The notes under the pieces were generated by a model, which worked only from the letters and a program-made list of their open reading frames with translations, was not told the origin of the DNA and did no database searches. 64,000 nt of DNA from positions 2,914,001 through 2,978,000 of the forward strand of contig CM068752.1 of assembly GCA_035084275.1 (NCBI GenBank). Reading direction: 5' to 3'. Source of the stretch: Hydrolagus colliei (lineage: Eukaryota). The position numbers and the translations under genes were made by a program. Below are positions 41,701 to 54,741 of this stretch, piece after piece. Within the stretch, counting starts at the first letter, position 1. Each line of letters opens with the position of its first letter.

Positions 41701-44435
41701 AGGGTGGGTAGGGTAGTGGGGTGACCAAAACATGGATGAAGAGGAGGGTCTTGAGACGGGTCTAAAAGGAAGCAAGGGAGGGGGCAAGGTAGAGGAGGGA
41801 CTGTAGGCTGGAGTTCCAGAGGGCGGGGGCAGTGAGGCTGAAAACCTGCCCACAAATACTGGGAGCGGGCGAGGCAGGGGGAATAAACCAGGCCGGAGCC
41901 CACTGAGCAGAGGTAGTGAGCAGGTTGATACAGGGTTTGTAGGTTCTAGGGGCAGGGTGGATCAAGGCCACGAAGAGCTCTGAAGGTGATTCCAAGATCT
42001 TGAAGTGTATCCTCTGAGCAATGGCAAGTCAGTGAAGCCAATTTTTTTCAAAAATCCTCATGTCTGGATGAGAATTATATCATATTGATTATTAATTAGA
42101 TTGAATATTATAAATTAGATGCTAATTAATTCATTGGACGAGCATTCACAGTGGTTACAGGTTAACTTGTTATCACCTAATCGCAGTGGCCTTTCGAGTT
42201 TGCTTTACCTTAATAAAGAACAGCGGATCTTTCTGATTTCTCAAATCCTGCACCTCCTGAATGAGGTGTGTGATTACTTCCCGTTTGATCTCCAGTTCCT
42301 GTATCTTCTTCAACACCTTCGAAAGGTTCAGGTTCTTCTCTGAAATCACCATGTCCAGGATTTGTTTCTCTTGTTTCGTCAGCAACATCCTAATTTCCTG
42401 AAACAGATCTGAAATCTGCTTCCTCAAGGTCGCGCTGTCTTTCTGCAACGAGAGAGAAAAACTAGTCTAGAACGTTTCTCCCACACGTAATTCAAAATGC
42501 ACGCACATACACAAAATAGTCCAGCACCAAATGATCATTATAGGAACTATGGCATTTGCAGATTTTGGGGATATCTGTTGATATGATATTGTGGAGTCCT
42601 GTTTTAGAACACTCACCTTACAAGCGTGAGACCTGTGTTCGAATCTAGGCAGGTCAGGGTGAAACCTTGTGCAAGTTTCCTTACCCCCCACACACACACA
42701 CACACGCCTAATAATAATCCCTCCATAAAAAGAACAATAATAAAAAATTGGTCATTTCAATCCACGACTGTTTGTGCGACACTGCTGTGTGCAATTGGCT
42801 GCCGCGTTTCGCCCACAAATATACAGTCAATTCACTTTACACAGTATATTCTGTGAAGCGCTTTGAGACGTCTAGAAGAAGTGGAAAGCGCTATATCAAA
42901 CGCAAGGATTATTATTATATTACAGGGAACTATGCCTAACCAAACCCAACACAAAAAAGGTCATATATTGTTCCCCTAACATTTACTACCATGACTTTAA
43001 CAGGATGTGGAGGCCGGTAGCTCAGCGGGTGGGTCACTTGCCTCACAAGCGAGAGACCCTGGGTTTGTTTCCTGGCGGGGCAAAACATTGGGCAAGTTTC
43101 CTTACTCCACCATTCCAGGTGTTTCAGCTAGACTAGATGTGACAGCCGTGTCAGGGTTTCAAAAAAAAACACGTGAGCATACTCAATTAATACAGAAGCT
43201 GTTCATTAAATTACCTTTAAGTTCATTTCAGTTCCTTGCAGTTCTTTCGTTGCTTCTTCCAAAGACGCCCTGGAGCTCTGCAGTTTATCCAGCTTCTCAG
43301 AAAGGCTGGCCTGTCGAAATCAGTCCAAATTATGGGTTACCCCTCACTCCACCTGGGACACCGCTGCTGATCGCAATCGGCCGCCTCGTTTCACCCACAA
43401 GACACACAGTCGACCCACTTTACAACATATCCTGTGAAAGTGCTTTGCAAAGTCTCATCGACATGATCAGGCGACAACAGCAACAAAAGTACATTTTGTA
43501 TAGCGCCTTTCATGTCAGGAGGACGTCCCAAGGCGCTGGACAGTTACTGCAGGCACAACGTCAAACGCAAGGATTGTTATTAGTGTTAATATTATTATTA
43601 TTTTATTCGTTTTATTTATTATTATTATTTTTCCAGAGGCTTCAGCAGCGCACTAAAACGAAACTGATGTGAACTCGCTTGCAAATACGCGCACTCGATC
43701 ACACCCTTTCGCAGTGTATGGCTTGAGGCGCTTCGAGACGCCTTGACGACTGGCTTAAGCAAGGCTCTGCATCAAACACGAGGATTATCATTACCATCGT
43801 CCTCAACGCCGTGATGATTGACGTTTTACAATTCAGTGCAGTTCGGGTTTGTTCCCCCTTACCTTGGTCTCGTTGTGTATATCCTTCAGAATGCGTATGT
43901 CGTGGTTCTTGTGAGGCCCGGCCACGTAGCAGGTCACGCAGATGCAGGAGTGATCGTCCAAGCAGTAGTACTCGATGAGCTTCTCGTGATCCGAGCACTT
44001 GCGGTCTTCCAGCGAGCTGGCCGGTTCGATCAGTACGTGGTTCTTCTGGGCGGCTTTCTCGGTGTGTTTCCTGAAGTGATGCTCGCACAGCGAGGCTTCG
44101 CAGTTCATGCACGTTTTCACCGCCGGGAAAGGATCATCCAAGCAGAAATCACACAGGATCTTGACTGGCTCCTCGTTCATTTGTGTGGCTTCAAACCGTT
44201 CGATGATGTTGCAGAGCTTGAGGTTCTTCTGCAGGACGGGCTTTTGGTTGTACTCGGCACGGCACTCCGGACACGAGTAGACTTGGACCGTGTCGCGTTT
44301 GTCCCAGTTCTTCTCGATACACTTGCGGCAGAAGTTGTGGCCGCAGGTCAGCGAGACCGGCTCCGTGTAGATGTTCCAACAAATTGAACAGTTTAACTCT
44401 TCTTTCAAATTACCAACAGCTGAAGTTGAAGCCAT
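32675..44435 (-). CDS. TRIM family E3 ligase (RING-Bbox1-Bbox2-coiled coil, TRIM25/finTRIM-like N-terminus) with an atypical non-B30.2 C-terminus; gene span, 11-exon model, about 800 aa
   Basis: Exons of 573, 96, 234, 23, 137, 79, 59, 945, 79, 59 and 119 nt splice in one open frame (2403 nt). The 96/234/23-nt exons are the classic TRIM coiled-coil pattern. The 3' exons rest on splice/phase logic only. Confidence 0.7.
33617..33675 (-). CDS. TRIM exon 10 (59 nt; module copy 2)
   Basis: tgattacttccacag|RCEDSTSSISTLDTPVYYA|gtattg; same length, phase and acceptor context as exon 7. Confidence 0.6.
34267..34345 (-). CDS. TRIM exon 9 (79 nt, acidic; module copy 2)
   Basis: ctttttgtgaaag|AKSRDDVMLQRFPLEDEDDEDNLTEN|gtaagt; same length and phase as exon 6 and alignable with it. 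Confidence 0.62.
35890..36834 (-). CDS. TRIM exon 8 (945 nt GC-rich cassette encoding 11-mer repeats); could alternatively read through to a stop at 35885
   Basis: Strong acceptor ttctttttatctgtacag; 315-codon open frame with strongly G/C-ending codons; donor CCAG|gttaat; phase 1 to 1. Confidence 0.72.
38704..38762 (-). CDS. TRIM exon 7 (59 nt; module copy 1)
   Basis: tgattactcaccacag|RSIGNGDIIRNPYSSVFCK|gtattt; phase 2 to 1. Confidence 0.62.
38953..39144. mobile_element. Possible pogo/Tigger-like MITE remnant
   Basis: Imperfect terminal inverted repeats cagtaaaagcccgctgatccg ... ccggataaatggcttttatg, followed by TA. Confidence 0.4.
39682..39760 (-). CDS. TRIM exon 6 (79 nt, acidic; module copy 1)
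   Basis: ttttttaaag|VQSNNEGVEERFGMEEETEEENVSDT|gtaagt; phase 1 to 2. Confidence 0.68.
40793..40929 (-). CDS. TRIM exon 5 (137 nt, linker)
   Basis: ttttcag|ISNNNTEVEKLKVSWKKLDETTISNIKQETKRIFETLNTLIFDHP|gtatgt; phase 2 to 1. Confidence 0.78.
41163..41185 (-). CDS. TRIM exon 4 (23 nt micro-exon)
   Basis: cattttag|DFKSTYER|gtaac; a 23-nt exon at this position is typical of TRIM genes. Confidence 0.8.
42209..42442 (-). CDS. TRIM exon 3 (234 nt, coiled coil)
   Basis: tgcag|KDSATLRKQISDLFQEIRMLL...KDPLFFIK|gtaaa. Confidence 0.9.
42592..42920 (+). mobile_element. DeuSINE copy in a TRIM intron
   Basis: Same head/core/tail consensus. Confidence 0.8.
43215..43310 (-). CDS. TRIM exon 2 (96 nt, coiled coil)
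   Basis: gacag|ASLSEKLDKLQSSRASLEEATKELQGTEMNLK|gtaat. Confidence 0.88.
43863..44435 (-). CDS. TRIM coding exon 1: RING + B-box1 + B-box2
   Basis: LKEELNCSICWNIYTEPVSLTCGHNFCRKCI...YSCPECR; CDFCLDDPFPAVKTCMNCEASLCEHH; CSDHEKLIEYYCLDDHSCICVTC..H..H; donor AAG|gtaag. An acceptor (cctcag) just upstream of the ATG implies a non-coding first exon. Confidence 0.93.
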
Positions 44436-47400
44436 TTTCCACCTCTGAGGATCAGGATATGTTGCTGGAAGGAAGGGATTTGAAGGACCATAAGTTCACA
44501 GCTCGGGAGATCCTTTCGGTGTGGCCTGCTCCATGTTCCCCCCCCCACCCCCCGCCTGCCCGGCCTGCACCCCACTATTGGCTGTTAGGCCTTCAGCGTC
44601 TCTGCCCCCACCCTTTGGAAATCCATCCTTTAAGTCCCTTCTTCTCGCTCCCTCCCTTGCCTCCTTCAAGTCACGTCCTAAGACCCTCCTCCTACCACTA
44701 TCCTCACTGCCCTCCACCCTCCCTGATCCCAACCCACTGCTCAGGTCCTGATTGTCCAGTGCCTTGGGGTGTCCTTCCAATGTGAAAGACTTGCTACAAA
44801 TGTGACTTTGATTTGTACTGTATTTGCATCATATTCATTGTTGTTGTTGTATCATATAAAAAATATATGTCCACATTTTGCCCACAAAATATATAATCAA
44901 TCCCCTTTACAGTATATTCCATGAAGCACTTTCAGACATCTCAATTATGTAATGAGATGCTATATATCAAATGCAATGATTCTCATTTATTAATATGTAA
45001 TGCAAAAATTGCTCTCTTATCTCATCCTTAAGGGTTTTTTTAAAAAAAAATTCATACAATTCAACACCAACTTCCTGTTGGTGTTGAATTATTATTTAAT
45101 TGATGTTAAATAACGTTTACTTTGTCACTCAGAGACTCTGCTGTCAACCGTGATTTTAAATCCCTGCAAACCCCTTCACATTCACATTCCACATTGAGGA
45201 ATCTACTTGCATCTAGGTTACCATTGCCTCGTGTCGGAAAGAATTGGAATAGATCAAGTCTCCCTTTCCTTCTCTGATCTCCAACTAAACTCAATTCACG
45301 TCTACCCCCTTTCAATCCTTCCGTGAGCCTTTGCAATAATTCTGGTGATATGTGTGCATAAAAATATAGATGATTGAAAGCAATCATTTTCTTTCTGATC
45401 AAAAAAAACATACAAGAACTAAAATAACTCAACATATTCCACTGAATTCTCAAATACTTGAAGGCTGAGAGTATTGGGGTAGGGTGGCAGGGTGGGGGGG
45501 ATGATTTTTTTTCCCTTGTCAGCGCTGGAATGCCACAGAATGTGTTTTACAAGCTGTTGCCGTCCATTATCAGTAGCTGATTATCGACTAGTTCAGCTAG
45601 TAATCCATAAACAGCTCATTCCACTGAGTGCCAGATCAACTGCATCTTATGTCAAGTCCGATCACACAGCCACTGATGACTCAGTCTAGTAAGGGTGCTG
45701 GAAGCATTAGAAGCTAAAATAGTAGACGGCCAGTAAATCTTCAGTCGTCAGTAGTTCAGTAGTTCAGTATCAGCAAATTTTACAGTTGGGCAAAGTTCAG
45801 AGTTGGCTTTATCTTTATCGCTGTCTCACCAACATTTACTGGGATGATTATTAGAGCATAAAAAATTTGCTGGGCAATAGAACAACCAAGGTCCATTTAT
45901 AACCACAACCACAAAATTACATTTACATCTAGTTCTCCTTCCTATCCTGGTGTTTGCTTGTCATGTTGTGTCCCAAACTATATACTGTATCCCCAGATAT
46001 TATTTTCTAGCAGAAATCTATCTAATTTGTTCTTAAAACAAACAACATTTTCTGCTTCCACTGTCTCTCTAGGGAGACTGACTATTCTATAAGTTTACTA
46101 CTCGTTCACTGAAATCATGTTGTTCTGAATTTACTCCCTTTAATCACAGGCCGAGGCCTCTGGGTTTACTGTTCAATACAAGCTAACATAGCAAATCATG
46201 ATCTATTTCCTTCAGAATCTTCAACTCCCTCGTAATCATCTCAACCCTCAACCTCCTCATCTCCAGTTTGAACTTGGCCTAATATATCTAATCACTCCTC
46301 CGAGTCCAGTCCCTCCAACACCTCAATCATTTTGGTTGCCTTCCTCTGCATCCTCTCAATCATGGCAATATTGAGCTCCTGTAGCTCAGTGGTTAGAGCA
46401 CTCGCCTTATAAGCGTGAGACCTGTGTTCGAATCCACCTGTGTTTAAATCCACGACTGTTTATGGGGGACACTGCTGTGTGCAATTGGCTGCCACATTTT
46501 CGCCCACAAATACACAGTCAATTCACTTTACAGTATATTCTGTGAAGCACTTTGAGACGTCTAGAAGACATCAAAAGCGCTATATCAAATGCAAGGATTA
46601 TTATTAATTATTAATTATTTCTTTGAACATTCAGTTATTTTCTCCTCTCAGCTTCCTGTGTCCTCTCTGCTCACCGTCTGTTGAATTTTGTGCTCATCAC
46701 ACACTGAGGGCTGGCACAATCGGTCACTTTATTACCTATCGACATGCTTAACCCCTGATCTATGAACTGCTCCCTCCACTCAGCAGGCTCCAGCCTCCTG
46801 TGTGTCCCTAATTCTTTCATTCCACCATTGGTTTCCTCCTAACAGTGACTTCACAGAGGCTGGCTATCTGACCTGCCCACCCACTCCGTTCAACGGACTC
46901 TGATCTGCTCCGTGTCTCCAGCCCGACCCGTCCTACCATTGGTGGCGAGGCTTTCAGCCTCTCTGCCCCCACACTCTGGAATTCCATCCCATGGTCCCTC
47001 CACCTCGCTTCCTCCCTTGCCTCCTTCAAGGCCGGTCTCAAGACTCTCCTTTTCGACCGTGTCTTCAGCTGCCCTCCCAACTCTCTGCCTCCCCTCGCCC
47101 CTACCCCGCTCCGCCCCTTGCTTGGATTCCGATTCCTGACTGTTCATCGCCTTGGCCCGTCCTTCCGACGTGAAAGGCGCTCTATAAATATAATTTTATT
47201 TGTTTGTTTGTTTGATAAGGATGGGAATAAGGTAAGATGTGGATCGGACATCTAATCTCCTCTCCTCATAATCATAGCATGATTTGTTTCGCTCACAGAA
47301 CGCACAGTCACTCCACTTTACAGTAAGACCTGTGAAGCGCTTTGACAAGCCTAGAAAATGTGAAAAGCGCTATATCAAATGCAAGGATTATTATTATTAA

Positions 47401-48054
47401 TTAATTCATTAATACAATGGTGGTTATATTATATTAAACTTGGGCAAGTTTCCTTACTCCACGCGCCTAATAATAATCCCTATATATATTTAAAAAATTG
47501 TTATTTCAATCCACGACTGTTCATACTGCTGTGCGCAATTGGCTGCTGCGTTTCACCCACAACATATACAAGTCAATTCACTTTACAGTATATTCTGTGA
47601 AGCGCTTTGAGACGTCTAGAAGACGTGAACAGCACTATATCAAATGCAAGGATTATTATTAATATTATTATTCATTATTATTATAGCGTTCAGAACGATT
47701 GTAAGACAACTAGACAGCATGCTCATAGTTAAGACATTTAGACTGAGACAAGCTCACCAGACTGCTGTTAACGTTAGGCAATGTCCACATATCATTGATG
47801 GCTCATACTCAGAAGCAATTGAATTTATCGTTCAAGCCATTTAGCTATGTCATAAAGTGATGTTTGTGGTAGTGGTGATGATATCATAAGGTATTATGTC
47901 ATTAGTTGCTGAAAATCATGCAGCTACATTAATCCCACCGTTAGGGAGTGGGGGTAGGGGGGGTGGGTGGGGATACGCAATTGATATACTATTCCATAGT
48001 GTCCTAAAATCACTGCAGTCTGAATACCCAGGGAATAACTAAGGCAAAGTCACT

Positions 48055-48380
48055 TATAATAATAATAATAATAATCCTTGCATTTTGATATAGCGCTTTT
48101 CACATCTTATTGACGTCTCAAAGCGCTTCACAGAATATACTGTAAAGTGAATTGACTATATATTTGTGGGCGAAACGCGGAAGCCAATTGCGCACAGCAG
48201 CATCCCCACAAACAGTCGTGGATTAAATGACCAAGTTTTTTTTTATTATTGTGTTGTTTTTTGGGACGGATTATTATTAGGCGCGTGTGGAGAGTAAGGA
48301 AACTAGCCCAAGGTTTCACCATGATCTGCAAGGGTTCGAATACAGGTCTCAGGCTCGTAAGGCGAGTGAGTGCTCTAACA
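48055..48380 (-). mobile_element. DeuSINE copy
   Basis: Same consensus, reverse orientation. Confidence 0.8.
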
Positions 48381-50214
48381 GATCTCTATTAGAGCACTCA
48401 CTCATCATAGATCTCTATCACTTCTCACCAAAAGAACAGCAACACATTATGCCATCACACACAGTGGCAGCACCAAAGCAATGACATCACTGCTGCAGCC
48501 ACCAGCACGCCCGCCAAACACACAGTCGATTCACTACATAGTCTATTCTGTGAAGGGCTTTGAGACGTCTCAACGATGTGATGAGGCGCTGTATTCAAAT
48601 GCGGGGATTATTATTATCATTATCATTACATTACAGAGTCATCTGTCAGTAGAGAAGCAAGGTGGGACGATCTGGGAATTCCTTTGTGCAGCAACACCAG
48701 AATATAAATCATATGTTTGTATTCTAAATGCTCGAGACTGTGAATAGAGCTATAATCACCAGCCACGTTTATATCCAAACTCAAATGGGTTTTGCTGCGT
48801 GTGGAATGTCTTTCATGTAAATTGCCCACGAGGTTTGATCTGTGAACGTTTGTTTTCACTTTTTAATCAACTGTATATTTTGCAAGGAGCTCCCAGACAT
48901 TAATTAAATGTGAAAAGTGTACACGTGATTATCGTGTGGAATTATTAACAGCAAGGCACGGAAAGCAACAGAATGGCTCTAAAGGGAGCTTGTTTGATCC
49001 TAGATTAAAAATGCTGAATACAAAGTGAACACAATTCAGTGGGAATAGAGCCTGTGACTGGGAATACTCTTTGCATGAACACAAACATACCTGGATAAAA
49101 TTACAGGCAACCCCTCAGCTCGTCACTTTGAGACGTCGCGTTGACGTGAGAAGGCGCTATATCAAATACATGGATTATTATTATTTTATTATTGCAACAA
49201 TTCTTTTTCTTTTTAAGGTAAGTGAATCCTCAGCAAAGGCAGACCCAATCGGCTGGAAATTATTAATAATAATAAATATACTTGGTAAATGGAGTCGTGT
49301 AGCTCAGTGGTTATAGAGCACTCGCAAGACCAGAGGACCTAGGTTCGATTCCCTGGGCAGGTCGAAAAGTTGGGCAAATTTTGTTTCTTATTTCCTTACT
49401 TTACACTTCACTGTAACGGGCTGAGTGGCATCTGATTACCTAGCAGTATGTAGGAAACTGGCTGTTGTTTTTCCAGGGATAACAATCCCATTAAAATAAA
49501 TATATAATGCTGTATATAATATTAATTTGGTCACTCAATAAATAATACTGTATATAATATTAATTTGGTCACTCAATCCACACCTGTTTGTGGGACACTG
49601 CTGTGCGCAATTGGCTGCAGCGTTTCACTCACATATATATATCTACAGTCAATTCACTTTACTGTGAAGCGCTTTGAGATGCCTGGAAGACGAGGCGCTA
49701 TATCAAATGCAAGGATTATTTTATTACTGTATTACTTTCCAAAACAGTGCCTCTAGGGTGACTGAGTGACGTGCACTGAACAGGCTGTACAGCAGAGGGC
49801 AGTCATGCTCTATCTGACAACATTTAATCCAAACTCTTTACCTGGCAGAGATTGTTCAAAATGACAGTAAATTCAAAGCACATATCCACAGTCTGTGTTG
49901 CACTTTCAAGGGAAAAAAAAGTCTAACTTATTGTAGCAATCACTGAAGCCTTGAGGTATTAAGGCAAAAAAAAATCTGAGCTTTAGATCTCATTGATAGT
50001 GCTGGTCACTGATTAGAATGTGCTCAATGCTATAATGCTATCAGGAGATTAGAAGCTCCTGATTTCAAACAGCAAATTTTCAGAGGGATTGAGATCAATG
50101 AGCTACAGAGAGAGAGAAAAAAGACACTTGGATTATACTCTTTCGCAAAACAAAAGTGAAAGCGCAACCAATTTAAAGCTGTAAGCAAAGGAGATAAGAT
50201 AGGAGTTGCAATAT

Positions 50215-50528
50215 ACTGTAATCCTTGAATTTGATATAACGCTTTTCACGTCTTCTAAACGTCTCAAAGCGCTTCACAGAATATACTGTAAAGTGAATTG
50301 ACTGTATATTTGAGGACAAAACGCGGTAGCCAATTTGCGCACAGCAGTGTCCGCACAAACAGTAGTGGATTGAAATGACCAATTTTATTACTGTATTGCG
50401 TTTCTTTTGGAGGGATTATTTTTAGGCGTATGTGTGTGGAGTAAGGAAACTTGCCCAAGGTTTCGCCATGACCTACCTAGATTCGAACACAGATCTCACA
50501 CTTATAAGGCTACTGAGCTACAGGACTC
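50215..50528 (-). mobile_element. DeuSINE copy
   Basis: Same consensus, reverse orientation. Confidence 0.8.
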
Positions 50529-53500
50529 CCAACAACAACAACTACTGAGTTTATATTGTCAGGTGTGTGTGCGTGTGGAGGAGGGGTGGGGGGGGAGGGG
50601 GGGGGCAGGGTGGGGGGTGAGGAGAAGGAGAGGGAGGTGAACAAGTAGCTTGCAAAGAGAATAAAGTGAAAAATTAGGTAAGCTATTGATTGATAGAGAG
50701 AGGGTTTCAAGGACAAATGCAGCCCGCAGCAGTGTGCCAGGAGCTGGAGTGGGCGTGAAACAGCTTCCGTGGCCTTTACACACTCACACATTGTTCACTC
50801 TGTAAAGAGAGAGGATGTCCTTGATCAGTGGTGCCTTTGGACCTGTGCAGCCTGTGCCCTGAATCTAACAAACCCCAAACCCCGAGCTCCACAACATTTT
50901 CACCTTTAATCCCCGTGGTTTGATCTCTCTCTCTCTCTCTGTCTGTCTCTCACTGTCTCTCCGTCACTGTCACTATCTCTGTTGCAGTCGGACAGTTAAT
51001 ATTGATGGATGTACAGTACGGTGCTGTCGGGGACAAAGGTGGGAGTACAAAGGAGGTGGAGTTGCCTTCAAAATTATAGGGAGGAGGTTCTATTACATGG
51101 GAATGTAACTTATGGAGACCTTACCTCTCGGGCTGCTTCTCTGTTTTGATTTAACATTCTGGAATATCTCAGGGTGATTGATCTCCGTCTAACGAGCTGT
51201 GTGTTACCCAGGTATCTCTGAACCTGGAGTGGGATGGCCTAATAACAGCAGCAACTGCTAATATTAATGTATAATAATAATATAATTATTGTATAATAAC
51301 CCATGCATTTGACATAGCGCTTTTCACATCTTATCGACGTCTCGAAGCGCTTCACAGAATATATTGCAAAGTGAACTGACTGGATACTTGTGGGTGAAAC
51401 GCGGCAGCCAATTGCGCACAGCAGGGTCCTTCAGACTGTCGTGGATTGAAACGACCAATTTTATTATTGTGTTTATTATTGTGTAATGATCGATCAGCAA
51501 CAGTCAAAAATAGCCATTAGAAATGATCTGAGACCTACAGCCCCCGAACTTGTGATAAAAACATAAGTCACTGGGAACACTCAAGCAGATCAGGCAGCAC
51601 CTATAGAGAGAGGAAATTTTTCGCTCTCCATGGATGCTGCCTGACCTGCTGAGTGTTCCCAGCCACTTCTGTTTCCATTCCAGATTTCCGGTGTATTTCT
51701 TAACGCCTGAACAACAACAAAATTACATTTATAGAGTGCTTTTCACGTCGGGAGGACGTCTCAAGGCGCTGAACGTGTGTTGTGTTCACATGGAATGTTA
51801 AGGAAGTGGTTAAAACGAGAGAAAAATGGTTAAATGTCATTAAACAGTTAACATTGTGGAGTCAAGCGTTCAGGTTAAAGCAGAATAACTTGATCCACGA
51901 CTAGATCCAAATCCCTGACTGTCCAGTGCCTTGGGACATCCTCCCGATGTGAAAGGCGCTGTACAAATGTAATTCTATATTGTATTTTGTATTCTAATAC
52001 CTGCGATTCAGGGTGTGTGGAGGGGAGGGGTGTGTGGGGTGCGGGGGATGTGTGCGTGTGGGGTGGGGGGAGGGGGGTGGGGGATGGGGGGGGGGGTGTG
52101 AGTGGTGTGGTAGGGCATGGAGGAGAAGGTTTTTGATGAATTAACAGCTCTCCGTGTGTACAGTATAACAGGTGCCTCACACTCTTCACAGTGACTCATT
52201 GTTTTTCAGGAATCTGCAGAGCCAACAAGCCATGGTCAGTAATTGCGTTGTCTGGGCTCCCGGCTTCACTGAGCCCAATACTGCTTTGATTTCACTCTGG
52301 CCAGTGAGACACACATGACATACACATACACAAACTACACATACACACACACCACACATCCCACACATACATACACACAACACCACACATACATACACAG
52401 ACACCACATGCACAACACTCCACTCCCTCCACACCCCTCCCCGCACACTCACACAGCCCTGACTCCCAGTAACTGTTAATCAGTGGTAGTTTTCCACCAT
52501 CGAGACCAGCACCAACTACAGCCAATCCCGCAGAGATTCAGGCTTCCTTCCCAAGGTGATTAAGGCCGGAGCTGGCCATATGGTTAAGTAGATAGATACT
52601 CATGGAAACTCCGCTCACGGTCACAGACGCTCTTGTGGCTCTCAGTCTAGCTCCAGGCCTCACTCACCTGCTCTCCTCCTAGCGCTGGGCTAAGCTGGGC
52701 AGATACACAGATTGGTTGATGACTAAGTTCTGAGCCAACTCCCCCATGTGGTGCAACCCCCAGGCTCTGTCTTTAGGCCTGATCCTGCTATCATCAGGCT
52801 TGTTTACTGAAGCTGTACGTAGTAGGTACCAGCCTGGAGAGCAAGCACTCGCTCGCTGGACTCTTTCCTGATCTCAGCAGATGCTGGGGCCGTGGACACA
52901 AGACCCATGAGAATCTGTTGGGTGAAGGGAGAACCAAGGTCCATCCAGTTCACCATCCACCGTCCTGGCAGTCGCTTTGACATGGGCAGAAACAAATCCC
53001 AATAAGAATGTCCCATGAGACATAGTCACACCGAAGGTCTCCTCCGGCTTAAACCCGGTACTGACAACTTCCACAGGTGATTTTGCTTGCCTGCTTCTCT
53101 CCCACCTTCAACCACTGTGCCCCGAACCTCTGGAACTCTCTCCCCCAATCCCTCTGCCTCGCCTCCTCCCTCCCCACTTCCAAATCCCATTCAACGTCCC
53201 CTGTCTTCTCCCTCTCCCCTCGGCTCGGGCTCAAGCTCCTCCACTGTGAAGCGCTCCGGGGGTGGGGGTTACTACCCAGCGTGGCGAGCGTTACATAAAA
53301 TGCAAGTTGTCGTTACTAGAGTTTTGTTCCTTCTGAGGGAACGTTAAAAAAAATGCTAACGTACTTTGAAACCTCCCAACACTTGACCTGTTCGTTAGCC
53401 TGTTGCGCCAACAATCTCATTGATGTCTGACAATCTCACTGATGTCCGCACAATCGCATTGTTATTCTCGCCGTGTCGTGAGGAGAGCAGAGATTATCGC

Positions 53501-54723
53501 GATCCCGCAGAGTGGTTTCAGCTACAAATTAAAATGAAGTGCTCTGGCAGAGATCACCCTGAACTGACCTCCATAGTTTCGCTGGCTCTCTTAAGATACA
53601 CGGAACATTTTAATTGAAGCCTAAATGAGTTCCGCGTCTTATTTCCTCCTCGGGTTCCGCTTGTTTCATCAGTCAAACGCGTAATCCATGGAAAAATGAA
53701 TAACATTATCCCACTGCATCCATTCCAGGAGCGAATAAAAGATTCCACGTTATGTTTGTTTTTAATGAACTAATTATAGCTAAAGTTCCATCACTTTGGC
53801 ACCCTCCAACCCACATGTCTCCAGTGATTGCTGTGATTGAACCTAATGGCGTTGTGCGTGCAGCAATGGCTGTGCTATAATACACACTGCCGATCAGACT
53901 GCAGCTCATATCATCACATTTCGCTCTGTCCTCCCCACCACCGGCAGCCGATCTTACAGCCAAACCACCGCCTCTCTGTCCAGTGCCATCTCCCCTCCCC
54001 TCCCCTCCCCACTCTCAAACGCCAGCTTAACACTCACCTCTGCAGCAGTGCTCTCTGTCCCCCTCACTTACCCGCTCCCTCCCCTCCCTCCTCAGCTCCC
54101 ACCCCACTTTGGGTCGTCCTGAAAAGTGCTGTATGAACAATAATCCTTGCATTTTGATATAGCGCTTTTCACGCTTTCTCAAAGCGCTTCACAGAATATA
54201 CTGTAAAGTGAATTGACTCTATATTTGTGGGCGAAACATGGCAGCCAATTGCGCACAGCAGCGTCCCACCAACAGTCGTGGATTGAAATGACCAATTTTT
54301 ATAATTGTGTTTTTTTTTAAGANNNNNNNNNNNNNNNNNNNNNNNNNNNNNNNNNNNNNNNNNNNNNNNNNNNNNNNNNNNNNNNNNNNNNNNNNNNNNN
54401 NNNNNNNNNNNNNNNNNNNNNNNNNNNNNNNNNNNNNNNNNNNNNNNNNNNNNNNNNNNNNNNNNNNNNNNNNNNNNNNNNNNNNNNNNNNNNNNNNNNN
54501 NNNNNNNNNNNNNNNNNNNNNNCCCAAGGATTTTGATCTGACGAGCTACGGGAGCTCCATTTAAATATAATAATATGGATATAAATGATAATAATAATTC
54601 TATTTTGCCAGGCACAATACATTTATTATTGTATACAGTGGTAATACTGTGCGTGAGCCACACCCACTTGACAACTTATTGCAATGGGAGTCGGCACAAA
54701 CAGAAACAATTCCTTTGCTTTGT

Positions 54724-54741
54724 TTTATTGCTTTTTTTATT
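54724..54741 (-). terminator. Tandem AATAAA candidate polyA signals ending the PPARGC1B 3'UTR
   Basis: Two tttatt hexamers at the distal end of an AT-rich, SINE-free 1.6-kb stretch after the stop codon. Confidence 0.4.

Noticed and set aside
49505-49578. Short direct duplication inside a SINE (also 14 bp at about 24507-24534)
   Set aside because: Local slippage duplications; not CRISPR-like or functional arrays.
52804-53074. Overlapping 66-70 aa ORFs in unique sequence
   Set aside because: No recognisable domain and no consistent exon boundaries.
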